Below, in pieces: positions 46,060 through 59,949 of a stretch of 64,000 nucleotides of DNA (positions are counted from its first letter, which is position 1; every line of letters starts with the position of its first letter). The notes under the pieces were generated by a model. It worked only from the letters and a program-made list of their open reading frames with translations, made no database searches and was not told the DNA's origin. Origin of the DNA: Octopus vulgaris (taxonomy: Eukaryota); assembly GCA_951406725.2 (NCBI GenBank), contig OX597825.1, positions 84,134,001 to 84,198,000 of the forward strand. The letters run 5' to 3'. The position numbers and the translations under genes are program-made.

Positions 46060-46100
46060 GTAAATATATATATATACATATAAATATATATAATATATAA

Positions 46101-46160
<60 letters not shown>

Positions 46161-46253
46161 CTGAGTAATTGTGCGTAGGTATGTGCATTTAAAAACTTGT
46201 GTGTTCTACAAAATAGAAAACAAACGAAAGAACGAAGAAAAGAGCAAACACAC

Positions 46254-46337
<84 letters not shown>

Positions 46338-46708
46338 ACACACCAATATTTATATCAACAAAAACTTCTTCAGTTTTCAAAAATATCAGAAATTGTTAGA
46401 ACGTGGTAAGTTTCTTTGCCGTTAGAATTTCTGGAGTGAAAATATATTTATGTTTTGTTTTTTGAAACAAACATTGCTTACATGTTTATGGAATCAAAGA
46501 GATACCGTTTGTAGACGGTATCTGGTGAAGCTGTCAACACAAACTCACAATTACACGCACGCACACACACATACAGGCACACACAAACACACTCAAGCGT
46601 ACACGTCTGTATGTGCGTGTGTGTGCATATATATATGTATATGTATATAAAACATATATTTATGAACATATATATACATACGTTTATATATATATAGATA
46701 TATATATA

Positions 46709-46747
<39 letters not shown>

Positions 46748-46881
46748 TAATGTATCTTTGTCTATATGTCTATATGTTCTATTTATATATTTTTCTGGTT
46801 TATGAATGGGTCAGTGACTGTGAATGTGTCTGTGTGCATGCGTGTATATACGTATATATATATATATATATATATATATGA

Positions 46882-46914
<33 letters not shown>

Positions 46915-47625
46915 TATATAATATAATGTATCTACGTATATATGTATGTACATGTATGTGTTTATACAGACACACAAATATATATACACATATACAGTTA
47001 TATATAAATATATATCTTTATATCAATATATATATTTATGTATCTCTGTGTCTGTCTCCCAGTCTATTTACCAATCTGCATCTCTCTCTCTAACCTCCTC
47101 TGCCTCCTTCCCTCACAGACATATATTTCGATTCGCTTTGCAAGTGTTCCATCTGAAAACCAGAACTGAAGCTAATATTATTTCCTTTAAAGTAAGTCAT
47201 TTTAAGCCCAATAACCGAACAGTCGCTGGCCGTGATTCCATTTGTTGTCGGTTATTATTTTCTCACCAGTTTCTGTCACACATTCCATTTGACCTCCTCG
47301 ACGGATTATAAATCTGAATCTAGTCATATTTCTTTGCTATGCTGTTAGGTCATACCTCTATGACAAGTTATGAGCGAACGTCACATACACATGCATACAT
47401 AGAAACATGCATTTACACATGCATGCATAATGCATACATAAATACAAACATACATACATACCTACATACAAACAAAATTACCCTGCAGTTGATGTTGAAA
47501 TTCCATTGAAGGAATCTTGGATCTAGATTAGAAACCGGCTCTTTCTCTATTGACAAGAAATCTTGAAATAAAGCATACCTACATACATAGATACATAATA
47601 CACACCTACACACATACATACACGC

Positions 47626-47656
<31 letters not shown>

Positions 47657-48781
47657 CAAACATACTTACATACATGCATGCATACATGTATGCATAGATA
47701 TATACATACATGTATATATAAATATATACATACATACATGTATGCATACATATATACATGCATACATACATACATATATACAAACATATATACATGTATG
47801 CTTACATACACACTTACATATATACATACATACGTACATACATATATACATACATATATGCAAGCATATATATACATACATGTATGCATACATATACATA
47901 TAAATTCATGCATACATCCATACGTAGATACATGTATACAGACATGTATGCATTCATATATACATGCGTGCTTGCAATCATGCATTCATAGATACATACG
48001 CACAGGTATACATACACATATAGACACATTACATACATACATACACACAATCCATACATACATATATGTATACCCGCTGCCCCACCCCGCCACTATTGGT
48101 TTCCACGGCTGTGTGTCGCATTATAGATTCTCGAAAATGTACAATATCAACGAAAACAACGGCGACAACATAAATCAGGGTCACAATCGGCACCACCAGC
48201 CACACCGACGGAACCACCACCACCCCAACACGGTCGCCGCCGTCGCCGTCGTCACCACAATAACAATAACAACAAGAAGGAAGCAGACCAACAGCAACGA
48301 AAACACCAAGAGCAACAGCAACAGCTACAACAGCCGCAAAATCTAATTATTACAAGAATAAGTTGGAACCACCAAAACCAATATCGTATCTTGAAGAACA
48401 ACCAAATTATACCTGCATCTTGTAACTGTACAGCGTGTGTGTGTATATATATATACACACATTCCATCCTTGTGCAATATCATAGATTTGTGCACACAAA
48501 ACCCACCCACCATATATATGTATATATATGTGTATATACATGCATATATACTCTATCCACCCCTGTATACACCCCGGTGATATCTTTATGGTAATACAGG
48601 GTTCGGTTGGTTTATATGGCCGTCTTGGATATTACGGAGATATCGATTCTTTGTATTATAATAATTGATCTGTTCTTGACTGATAATGTAGGCAGTTATG
48701 TCAGTAGGTAAGTAATCGGGTGTGTTTGTATATATATATATATATATATGCTCCTCTCTCTCTCTCACTCTCCATTATATA

Positions 48782-48842
<61 letters not shown>

Positions 48843-48866
48843 ATATATGTATATATATATATGAAA

Positions 48867-48912
<46 letters not shown>

Positions 48913-49934
48913 CTATATATAAATATGCAAGTGTGTACAAAACAACAGCCTGGTGAAATATCGCTGATATTAAAGGAAGAGAAAGAAAGAAGTGAAAAGC
49001 CAAAGAATGGGTGAAAGAATCATGCGAAGTAATAAGGGACCAAAGAATGGAATAATGAAAGAAAGAATGAAATACATGAAGAAAAAAGAACGAAAGAGCT
49101 AAAATAACAAACGAAAATAACGAATGCAATAAGATTTCCTTTTTGTATTTGGTTTCCAAGATTCTTGATGTGAACTGGTGTGTTGAAACAAAATTTCTTT
49201 TATCTCTCTCAAGAAGGAGCACACGCACTGGTTCCATTTCACTTCTTTATTATTTAATTGTTCAATGGTTAACTATTGGTTGTTAACTGGTTATTTGATT
49301 AATCCTTCTGATAATCAATCAATCAGTTACATTTGTCAAAGTTCTTCTTGTATTACCATTTGTGACATTGTCCATGACAGGCTCTCTCTTGATGTAGAGA
49401 AAGTATGTCTAGGAAGACTAGAATCTAGTTAAATTAAGTTGATATTTCTGTCCACGGAGAGGTAATATTCTGTAATGTAACCAACCATATCGTTTATTTT
49501 TCACAACGAAGCAAAACATTTTATGCTCATTAATAATGGTATACCTTGCACTACACTCCAAGCCATCCTGCAACAGAATATTGTTTTATTCTTCTATTCA
49601 TTTACTTGTTTCAGTCATTTGACTGCGGCCATGCTGGAGCACCGCCTTAAAAGTTTTTTTAGTCGAAGAAATACTGAGAATGTCTGTCTTAGATAGATAC
49701 AATTTTATCGATCCAGGAAGTATGAAATGCCTTGGCAGGAGTTGAACTCAGAGCGCAGAGGACCGGAGCAATGACAGAGAAGCATTATACCTGACAATCC
49801 AAAGACTGCCAACTCGCCACTTATTAACCCCCAAATAGTTATAAATAAACTGACAGATGATCAAATATGTTCATTATTTACATTATTTACATTATGTACA
49901 TTGACGGATATTTGTCCTCAACCTGTTTGTTGTT

Positions 49935-49980
49935 AACACAACGTTTCGGCTGATATACACTCCAGCCTACATCAGGTGTC
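49935..49980 (-). ncRNA. Minimal hammerhead ribozyme (one core substitution)
   Basis: GACAC CUGAUGU A GGCUG gaguguauau CAGCC GAAAC GUU GUGUU. Confidence 0.7.
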
Positions 49981-50074
49981 TTGGGGAAATTTCGAACTTG
50001 GGTTCTCATTCCTAAGGTATTTTTCGATGTTATTATTATCATTATTATTATCATTATTATTATTGTTGTTGTTA

Positions 50075-50163
<89 letters not shown>

Positions 50164-50216
50164 GCTGTTGTTGTTGTTGTTGTTGTTGTTGTTGCTGTTG
50201 TTGCTGTTGTTGTTGC

Positions 50217-50262
<46 letters not shown>

Positions 50263-50264
50263 GC

Positions 50265-50298
<34 letters not shown>

Positions 50299-50318
50299 AT
50301 TATTATTATTATTATTCA

Positions 50319-50391
50319 GGTCACTGCCTGGAATCGAACTCGGAATCTTGGGGTTAGTAGCCCGCGCTCTTAACCACTACGCCATATAACC
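50319..50391 (-). promoter_or_regulatory. tRNA-derived head with Pol III A and B boxes
   Basis: A box TGGCGTAGTGG (50374-50384), B box GAGTTCGATTCC (50330-50341), residual acceptor stem GGTTAT/GTGACC. Confidence 0.8.
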
Positions 50392-50459
50392 GTGGGCATA
50401 TAATGATAACATAAAAAAAATACCTTTGGAATGAGAACCCAGGGTCGAAATTTCCCCAA

Positions 50460-50505
50460 GATACCTAATGAAGGCTGGAGAGTATATCAGCCGAAACATT
50501 GTGTT
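50460..50505 (+). ncRNA. Minimal hammerhead, probably inactivated copy
   Basis: GAUAC CUAAUGA A GGCUG gagaguauau CAGCC GAAAC AUU GUGUU (G5A and GUU>AUU). Confidence 0.65.
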
Positions 50506-51638
50506 AACAACAAACAAGATGAGGACAAATATCCGTCAAATGTAAATAATGTAAATAATATACATAATTCCTCATCTCTTAAATATTGACCTGTACCAAA
50601 TATGTTGTTTAGTGATCGGTCATTTTTGATTTCACGGGTGTATGATCAAATGCATTGTTCGTATGATCAATTGGATTGTGCGTATGATGAAACGGGTTCT
50701 TCAACTCCAGATCAATTCTTATTTTATGATCAAAGCAGTTTTAACCTCAGGTCAGTCCTAATCGATAGAGAATTGTGATCAAAAGAGTTATTTAGCAACA
50801 GGTGAGCCCTCACCTACAAAAGTGTGATGAAATATGTTTGTTTAATCCAAAGTCAACCCGGATGGAAAAAATTTATGGTCAAAAGCGTTGCAGCCGTCAC
50901 CATCGGTACATTTTATGACGAGGTGAATGCAATTTTAGGGTGAATGGGCAGCTACTTCTAATATTTTGAACGATTCCGTACAGTTTCCCATCATTGCTTT
51001 GTACAATTGAGTTTTTTGTTTCATTTTGTGTTATTTTTAAGTGAATTTGTGGAAGATTTCAGAACTCTTAGATGCTAGCAGTATGTGCGGTGATGGGGAT
51101 GATGATGGTGATGATGGTAATGGGGGTGATGGTGGTGATGGTGGTGATGGGGGTGATGGGGTGATGATGGTGGTGATGGTGGTGATGGTGGTGATGGAGG
51201 GGTCGTGCTGATGGTGGCGATGGTGGTGATGGTGGTGATGATGGTGGTGATGATGGTGGTGAGGGAAGGGTGGTGGTGATGGTGGTGATGGAGGGGTGGT
51301 GGTGATGGTGGAGATGGCGTGATGGTGGTAATGGTGGTGATGGAGGCGTGGGCCGGGCGGCCATGCTGATGATTGATAGAAGTTCTAATGATAATGGTGA
51401 CAGAGTTGTTGCCGGTGGTTATATTGAAGGTCAAGATGATGGTGGTGGCGATGGTGTTACTGGCGGCGTGGAATTCCTCTTGATGGTAGTGACGGTGTTT
51501 ATAATCGTGACGATGTCAGCTTAATCGGTGATAATGGTAACGGCACCATTAGGGTTGACTGGGGCGGTGGTGTTAGTGGAGATTGTGGTGGTGGTGGCGG
51601 TGATGGTTATAACAGACGTGATGATGGCAGTGAAAGCA

Positions 51639-51691
<53 letters not shown>

Positions 51692-51965
51692 TTGGTGGTG
51701 GTGGTGGTGGTGGTGGTGGTTTTCTCTCTGTAGAAAACTACACGAAGCTGTTTGGAGAGAAATCACTTCCGTGAAACTGCAGAAGAGGAGGACGAGCACA
51801 GATTTAATACAGAGTGACAACATCTTCACAATTCCGGCAGAAGTTCGTGGAAATGATTTTGATTGGTTTTGAAACATTATTAGAGGTAAAGTAAATATGG
51901 CGGAGTAGATGGACACTTCTAGAGAAGCATACGATACACGGAGTCTCTGCTTACTAAAATTTCCA

Positions 51966-52040
<75 letters not shown>

Positions 52041-52097
52041 GTATGTCTGTTTGTCTGTTTGTCTGTCTTTTGATCGGTTTATCTAGCTATCTATCTA

Positions 52098-52149
<52 letters not shown>

Positions 52150-52159
52150 CATCTATCTA

Positions 52160-52190
<31 letters not shown>

Positions 52191-52239
52191 TTCTATTTGT
52201 CTGTCTGTCTGTCTTTCTGTTTGTCTGCCTGTCTGTTTG

Positions 52240-52352
<113 letters not shown>

Positions 52353-52939
52353 ATCTATCTATCTATATATCTATCTATATATCTATCTATCTATCTATCT
52401 ATCTATCCGTTTAAAAGTTGTGCAGAAAGGAAAGCGGTTTTATACAGAGGATATAGCTATTTGAGTTACTAAATATCTAATTCTCCCTGTATCTCTCCCT
52501 ACCACACTTTCTCTCCCTTTGCATCTATCTCGCATACACTAACCGCTACACACACACACACACACACACACTTCCACTTATTCTTTCTATCTTTCCTTCC
52601 TCTCTCTCTCTCTCTCTCCGTGAATCCCACCACATCAAATGACTATGAGTCTCTATGACAGACAAGAGGGCTATTAAGTAAAAGCAGTTGTGATGACGTC
52701 ATAAGACCGTATGACTTCACATCAAAATTCTGCTGTGTCGACATTGTCCTCATTTAGTGTTCTCTTACAATCCTCAGCTTTCTCTTTATTTCAAACCGAA
52801 TCAACTTTATACGTTTGAACCGACGTCGCCATCTTGGTGACCACAGAAGACATAACGGACAATGGACTTGGATGGTGGATTTCATTTTGAAAGCTGTCCC
52901 AAACAATATACCAGTTCTGTCATTCTAAATATTACGAAT

Positions 52940-53292
52940 ATTTATTTCTTTATTGCCCACCAGGGGCTAAACAGAGGGGAACAAATGAGATCAGACAAAG
53001 GGATTACGTCAATTACATCGATCCCCAGTGCGTAACTGGTACATATTTAATCGACCCCGAAAGGATAAAAGGCAAAGTTGACCTTGGCGGAATTTAGCTC
53101 AAAAGGTAACGGCAGACGAAATATCGGTAAGCACTTCGCTCGACGGGCTAACGAGTTTCAGTTCACAATCATGTGGTTGCAGGTTCAGTCCTGCTCATCT
53201 TGGGTAAATGAATTCTACCAGGATTATTGTAGAAGATTTTGTTCGCCCTTGGGACTGGAAATGATTGATGGAAGCTGAAAGCAGATCGTCGT
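52940..53292. mobile_element. SINE A (minus, 52940-53155) abutting SINE B fragment (plus, 53163-53292)
   Basis: catcgatccccagtgcgtaactggtac...cgaccccgaaaggataaaaggcaaagttgacc; then catgtggttgcaggttcagtcc...gatggaagctgaaagcagatcgtcgt. Confidence 0.8.
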
Positions 53293-53417
53293 GGATAGAG
53301 AACACATAATGGTAAAATCTCATGCCAAATGCTTTGTTTTTTATTTTCTATTTTAATCTTTCTCTCTCATTTTATATATATATATATCTATATATATATA
53401 TATATATATATATAAAT

Positions 53418-53475
53418 GGTGGTGCCCCAGCATGGCCACAGCTCGTGAGCTGAAACTATATTAAATTAAAATGAA
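53418..53475 (+). mobile_element. Isolated LINE-type 3' tail after (TA)n
   Basis: ggtggtgccccagcatggccacagctcgtgagctgaaact. Confidence 0.75.
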
Positions 53476-53479
53476 GATA

Positions 53480-53822
53480 TACGAAGGAGAGGCACACTTG
53501 TTTTTTTTTATGTTTTTACAAAAAAACGGGGGATGAAAAAAATACGTTATTTTCCTACATTTTTCGATGCACATAGTCCAGCGTTTCACAAGTTTGCGTA
53601 TTCACTCCAAGAAAAAGATTTTCGGATAGTCGTGAAGCCGTTTATATTCCGCTTCTTTCACATCTTCATCCGTAGTAAATCGACGAGCTCGTAAAATATC
53701 TTTGAGCGGGCCAAAGATATGATAGTCGCCAGGGTCAAGATCTCGGCTGTAGGCAAGGTGTTCTAGCACCTAAAAACCCAATTGGTTAATGGTTTCCAGC
53801 TTCCGGGCAACATACTAATGCA
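53480..53822 (-). mobile_element. Mariner 3' fragment
   Basis: Minus peptide QLGF*VLEHLAYSRDLDPGDYHIFGPLKDILRARRFTTDEDVKEA...IRKLVKRWTMCIEK. Confidence 0.88.
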
Positions 53823-54665
53823 GAGTCTTTTTTTGTTTTGTTGTATGCTGAGTGCTTTCCATCCAGGTCTTCTCTGAGGTAAGAGTGCTCACCTTTTTGG
53901 GGGCTGTATAGGATATCATCAGGAAGAGAGTGCTTCTTGAAGAGCTCACTGTATGTATGTATGTATGTATGTATGTATGTATGTATGTATGTATGTATGT
54001 ATGTATGTATGTATGTATGTATGTATGTACGTATGTATGTATGTATGTATGTATATATGAGTGTATGAGAGAGAGTGTGTGTGAGTTTGATGTATAAAAT
54101 TATTTAGAATGAATATTAAATTGCTTAGGTTTGTGAATCTGTGAGTCCGAGATTAGAAGTTGATATTATTCGTTATCATACCTTGTAGGGAAATTCCTGA
54201 GATGACAGTTTCTGCAAAGAATATAAATGACTTTTCCGTAAATATTTATTCTTGGGAGACAGATAGCTTGTAAAAGACTAGCAGAGGTAATTCCAAGGCT
54301 TAAACGTACCAGTAACGACCATCATAGTATCGAATTGAACTCCGTTACAAGTCGTCGAAAAAGTCTCCACCCTCCTTCCAAACTTGCAATATTTATTAAC
54401 GAAACCATATCTATGAAATCTTCTGCAATGTCAAGACGTCTCCTTTGCCCCTGCGGCATATTAACTTAAGAAACTTTAAACTTTATCGATAAATATAATA
54501 TTAACAACATACACAACACTATTCTCTCTGGAATCTGATTTTTTACTCATATATTTTCTTAATATTCATGACAGATTACACACACAGACATACACTCACA
54601 CACACACATACACACACACGTATATATATAGGCATATAAATACATACAGACACATATACATATAC

Positions 54666-54710
<45 letters not shown>

Positions 54711-54819
54711 CATATATATATATACATATACAATATATATATATGCATGTGTATATATGTATATATGTATATGTATCTCTCTCTCCCTCCCTATCTCTCT
54801 CTCTCTCTATCTATCTATC

Positions 54820-54875
<56 letters not shown>

Positions 54876-55114
54876 TGTGTGTGTCTGTCTGTGTGTGTGT
54901 GTGAAAAATATTAAGAATTTAATTGAATTTCTCCCAACTAATTTTTCAAATTTGGTAATTAATGATTTCCTAACAGAAAACATAGAAATATATATTATTA
55001 ATTAACTGAGGAGAGTTTTAGGAGTGTACAATAATTTTTTTTCGGCTGCCAATTATTCGGAAATTTTCGTTTTGCTTTTCGGTTTCTACAAACGGTTGTG
55101 GATTACTTCCTCTG

Positions 55115-55159
<45 letters not shown>

Positions 55160-55558
55160 CATATATCTACCTATATATGCAAACACGCACACACGCAAAT
55201 ATATATTAATATATTAATACACATATATATGTATAGTCAGATACACACACACACGCAAACATACATAAATATACTTATAACATCCATAAATTCATACAAG
55301 TATACATGTATATTTATCCGTTGCCTACGTACACACACACACACACACACGCGCGCACACGCACACACACCTACATATATTTATAGATATATATTACCAT
55401 ACATATCAGCCTTGTGACACTACCAAATATTGTTTAATCATACTGAAAATTCACTAAGAAAGATTTTATACCTCATATAGTCTGCAGGCGTGAGGTCTAA
55501 AAGATGAAGAAATGTAAGAATCACCGTCATAAAATAGGCCACCCTTATACATACATAT

Positions 55559-55603
<45 letters not shown>

Positions 55604-55659
55604 AAGAGAGAGACATAGAGGGAGAGAGAGAGAGAGAAAGAGAGGAGAAGATCATGGGA

Positions 55660-55928
55660 TTTCACCTAAAAAGTTACCCGCCGCGGTACAAGGCCTGCAG
55701 TCGCCCATGCATACCAGCCTCCCTTCTCACACCACTGATGTCATCCAAGGGAAAGGCAAATGGGCTGATACAACTTGGCGCCAGCAATTCATTTCCACGG
55801 ATGAGTTAACTTGAGCAACGTGATATAAAGTATCTTGCTCAAGAACACAACAAGCAACCCGGTCCTGGAATCGAACTCACAGCCTCACGATCGTAAGCTC
55901 GATGCTCTAACCACTGAGCCATGCGTCT
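55660..55928 (-). mobile_element. tRNA SINE, family C-related
   Basis: Minus strand tggctcagtggttagagc...gagttcgattccaggaccggg...gtgttcttgagcaagatactt. Confidence 0.8.
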
Positions 55929-56854
55929 TTATATACATATACATGAGCTTCTATTAAGAAAACCGTTAAATGAATTTACAACGCAGGATGCAAATAATCT
56001 TTGTTTCCTCTACTAAATACAAATTAGAGTGATATATATATATATCGAAATCCTTCAACAGTGTCTTGTTAATGATACGCACATTAATAATGTGTCGAAC
56101 CGCTGTGAAAGGGATTTTATTGCTGGTATTCCCACCTACTAAATCCACGTCTCATAAAATTCCTATTTGCTTACCTCTGCAATTTATCATGTCATTTATT
56201 TGTTATTTCATAATTTAAGACAGCCGACATATTCTGACCTGTGAAAGACCAGCAATGCATCGGTCTTGAAACTGATAACATGCAATACAAAACACTAGAA
56301 AAATGCCGACACAACGAATACATCTCAGTTCTTCTAACCGGTTTGACTGAAATAGCAACAAAACAATCCCTTAAGTAAAAAAACCTATAGCTTTTTAAAA
56401 ACCACACCTGTTCCCCTAAACCAGGTTGATTACTTTAGATTCTCAATCCTTAAACATATGCCCAAAAACAAATATAGGGAATTGATCACGTATAAAATAT
56501 TTTGGTTTTATATCTCTGTTCGATGACGACTATTTTCAGACGTGAAGCATATTTCTAGCAGCCATTAACGCTATTCGACAAGTGTTATTACTGACTGAAT
56601 AGATTTTAGTGAATTTTAGGAGAAACGTTTGATTGGTTATTTTTGGAATTTTGCTTGAATTTCTTTGGTGAGAACAACCAAATGAATTGCATTGTAGTCA
56701 AGGAAATTGAATCATTGTAAGAACTGCAAACATGAGAGTTACATATTTAGTAAATGGCCAATTGTGATTCGCAATCAATTTGCTGGAGGAAACGCGAAAA
56801 GAAAAATATTTAGATCTCTCTACCCGTCTCTCTCTCTATCTATTTCTCTTCCTG

Positions 56855-56941
<87 letters not shown>

Positions 56942-56974
56942 GTCTGTCTGTCTCTCTCTCTCACCCTCTCTTTC

Positions 56975-57024
<50 letters not shown>

Positions 57025-57540
57025 CATTCATACATATACACATACTTATAAGCACACATTTTCATCCATGTATCTCCTCCTCCTCCTCCTCCTCCTCCTC
57101 CTCCACTTCTTCTTCTTCTTCATCTTCTCGTCCCTCCTCCTACTTATCCCCTCCTGCTGCTGCTGCTGCTGTACCTCCTACTACCACACCTCCTCCTCCT
57201 TCTCCTCCTTATCATTCTTCTTCTTCTCCTCTCCTCTTATTCCCTCTCCTCCTCCTCCCCTCCTCCTATTTCTTCTTCTTCCTCTCCTCCTCTCCTCCTC
57301 CTCGCTCCTCCTATCTATCCACTCCTGCTGCTGCACCGTCTCCTTCTCCTCGTTCACCTCGTCCTCCACCTCGTCCTCCTCCTCCTTATCCTTCTTCTTC
57401 TTCTTCTTCTTCTTCTTCTTCTTCTTCTTCATTCTTCTTCTCCTTATCCACCTCCCATCCATATTCACTATGCTAATTACTCACCCCCTAACCGCACTTT
57501 TATTTACTTTTTATTTACAATTAAGGTGTTCTACACCAAA

Positions 57541-57765
57541 ATCCTGTTGTGTCTGGGGGGAGTCATATTCTGTTTGTACCTCATAATTTAACACACTTAC
57601 CTGTAGAGTTTCCACTTATTTCTTATGCTTATTTTCCTAAAATTTTCGTTCCGTCCTGCAACATTTTCAATAGTCGTAACTCTCAAGACTTTTGAAAATG
57701 TTACAAGACGCAACGAAAATTTTAAGGCACAAAAAGAAAATGACTTTCCCCAGACACAATAGAAT
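57541..57765. mobile_element. Palindromic MITE-like element with deleted right arm
   Basis: Outer arms 57541-57581 and 57725-57765; inner arms 57636-57675 and 57687-57727. Confidence 0.75.
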
Positions 57766-57821
57766 ATGCTTTAACACACGAACTGACAAATAGAATCTTG
57801 CAAACCAAATCCAAAATCGAA

Positions 57822-57904
<83 letters not shown>

Positions 57905-58393
57905 TGTGTGTATGTGTGTATGTGTGTGTATGTGTGTGTGTATACATAAATATTTGTTTTCATCTCAAGTTATATAACGAACAAAGTAAAATTAAGCTGA
58001 AGATTTACTCAACGCCTTTTCTTTCACGTAAATATTTCTCATACTTTTACAAGAGGGGTTATAGGAACTTCGAAGATTCGGCCATGTTAGCCTTCGTCCG
58101 TTCCACCTGAATAATTCACGTTTTTGTCCTAATTTTGATCTTACTTTCAATTTCATATCGTTTAATCCTACTGATTGATATTCGATCACCTTTATGTCTA
58201 ATGTCGCGTATAATCGATCTCTTCTGCTTGAGGTAATGAGTATTGCGTCTCTCTTTAAATACAAACACAACTTAAACTAAATTAGAAATCAAATATTTTA
58301 TGACAACGGGAATGCTGCAGCTGTTGTGAGAAGGAAGAGAAGACGGAACCTTTCAGACCGACGGTTACTCACACACACACAAACATACACACC

Positions 58394-58746
58394 CACTCCG
58401 TCGGTTGCGACGACGAGGGTTCCAGTTGATCCGATCAACGGAACAGCCTGCTCGTGAAATTAACATGCAAGTGGCTGAGCACTTCATAGACATGTGTACC
58501 CTTATCATAGTTCTCGGGAAGATTCAGCGTGACACAGAGTGTGGCAGGTGTAACAGAAACAGGAAGAAAGAGTGAGAGAAAGTTATGGTAGAAGCATACA
58601 GCATGGTTTGCCACTACGCCCTGCCGGATCCTCGTGAAGCTTTAGGTGTTTTCGCTCAATAAACAATTACAACTCCCGGTCTGTGAATCGAAACCGTGAT
58701 CCTACGACTGCGATTCCACTGCCCTAACCACTAGGCCATTGTGCCT
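58394..58746 (-). mobile_element. Full-length tRNA SINE family D
   Basis: Minus strand A box tggcctagtgg, B box ggtttcgattc; 3' part recurs at 63141-63308. Confidence 0.85.
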
Positions 58747-59108
58747 ACACACACACATCCATATATATACATACACACACGCACACATTGATACTCTTGC
58801 TGTCACATAAACACACGCATACACAAGTATACTCTCACCTGCCTACATACAAACACATAGACGCGTACACACGTATAAATACTCACATACAATGATACAT
58901 ATATATACACACACACGCACACTGATTTTCGTATATTTACATACGCGCACACACATACACATACACAGACAGTGAGTGTCACATAAACACATACAGATCC
59001 ATACAGAGATACACGCAATCTTATCCACACATACACCCACTCACACACATTCTCTCTTTCTCTTATTGATGCATACATCCTAAGATACACACCCACACAC
59101 ACACTCAC

Positions 59109-59272
<164 letters not shown>

Positions 59273-59893
59273 AGGCACATATAAACGGAAAGAAGTGAAA
59301 GTGTGTGCGTGCGTGTGTTTCGCATGTATGCACGTATTTGTTATTGCTATGGCGTTTTAATCGTGAGTCAGCTCCGATCAAAAAGACTATAGTGAAAATG
59401 ATTCCATCCATGCCCACCCTCTACTATAATACACCGAATACAACACTGAATCTCCCGATTAGTTCGTCTTTTATTTTTTTCAAATAGATAAATGTTTGAA
59501 GAATTTCAGACTCCTGTATTTAGCAATTCGCATGACCACGTGGACGTGCGCGTGGGTTGCGCGCGCCTGGATTTCTGAGTATATGTGTGCGTATGCATGT
59601 GTGTGTGTGTATGTGTGTGTGTGTGTGTATGTGTATGTATATATGCGAGGGTGTGTGATTGTGTGTGTGTGCGTAAATGTGTGTGATTTCACTGAAGAAA
59701 ATCGAAATCTATTGCAGAGATAATAACAGACATATATTTCTCAATAACAGAATTCCCGAAAGCTTAAAGATGGGCTTCAAGTAGTTATATATCTATAATA
59801 GCATAATCTAAAATAATCTTCTGTAAATCGCATCATCAACACAAGCACACACATACTCACACACACACACACGCACACACAAACACACACACA

Positions 59894-59949
<56 letters not shown>

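Larger units (their letters stand above)
49872..50596 (-). mobile_element. tRNA-headed, hammerhead-tailed non-autonomous retroelement with inverted arm and 10-bp TSD
   Basis: caaatatgtt direct repeat at 49862-49871 and 50597-50606; inverted arms about 49872-50037 and 50401-50560; tRNA-like head 50319-50391; hammerhead motif in each arm. Confidence 0.85.

Noticed and set aside
50319-50391. Functional tRNA gene (ACT anticodon loop)
   Set aside because: Anticodon and T stems pair poorly, no terminator follows, and it is embedded in a TSD-flanked element.
51734-51872. Possible terminal exon (KLHEAVWREITSVKLQKRR...)
   Set aside because: An acceptor-like site is present, but there is no recognisable homology or partner exon.
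59690-59775. ctgaaga...gaaagctta as a hammerhead
   Set aside because: No stem I complementarity.
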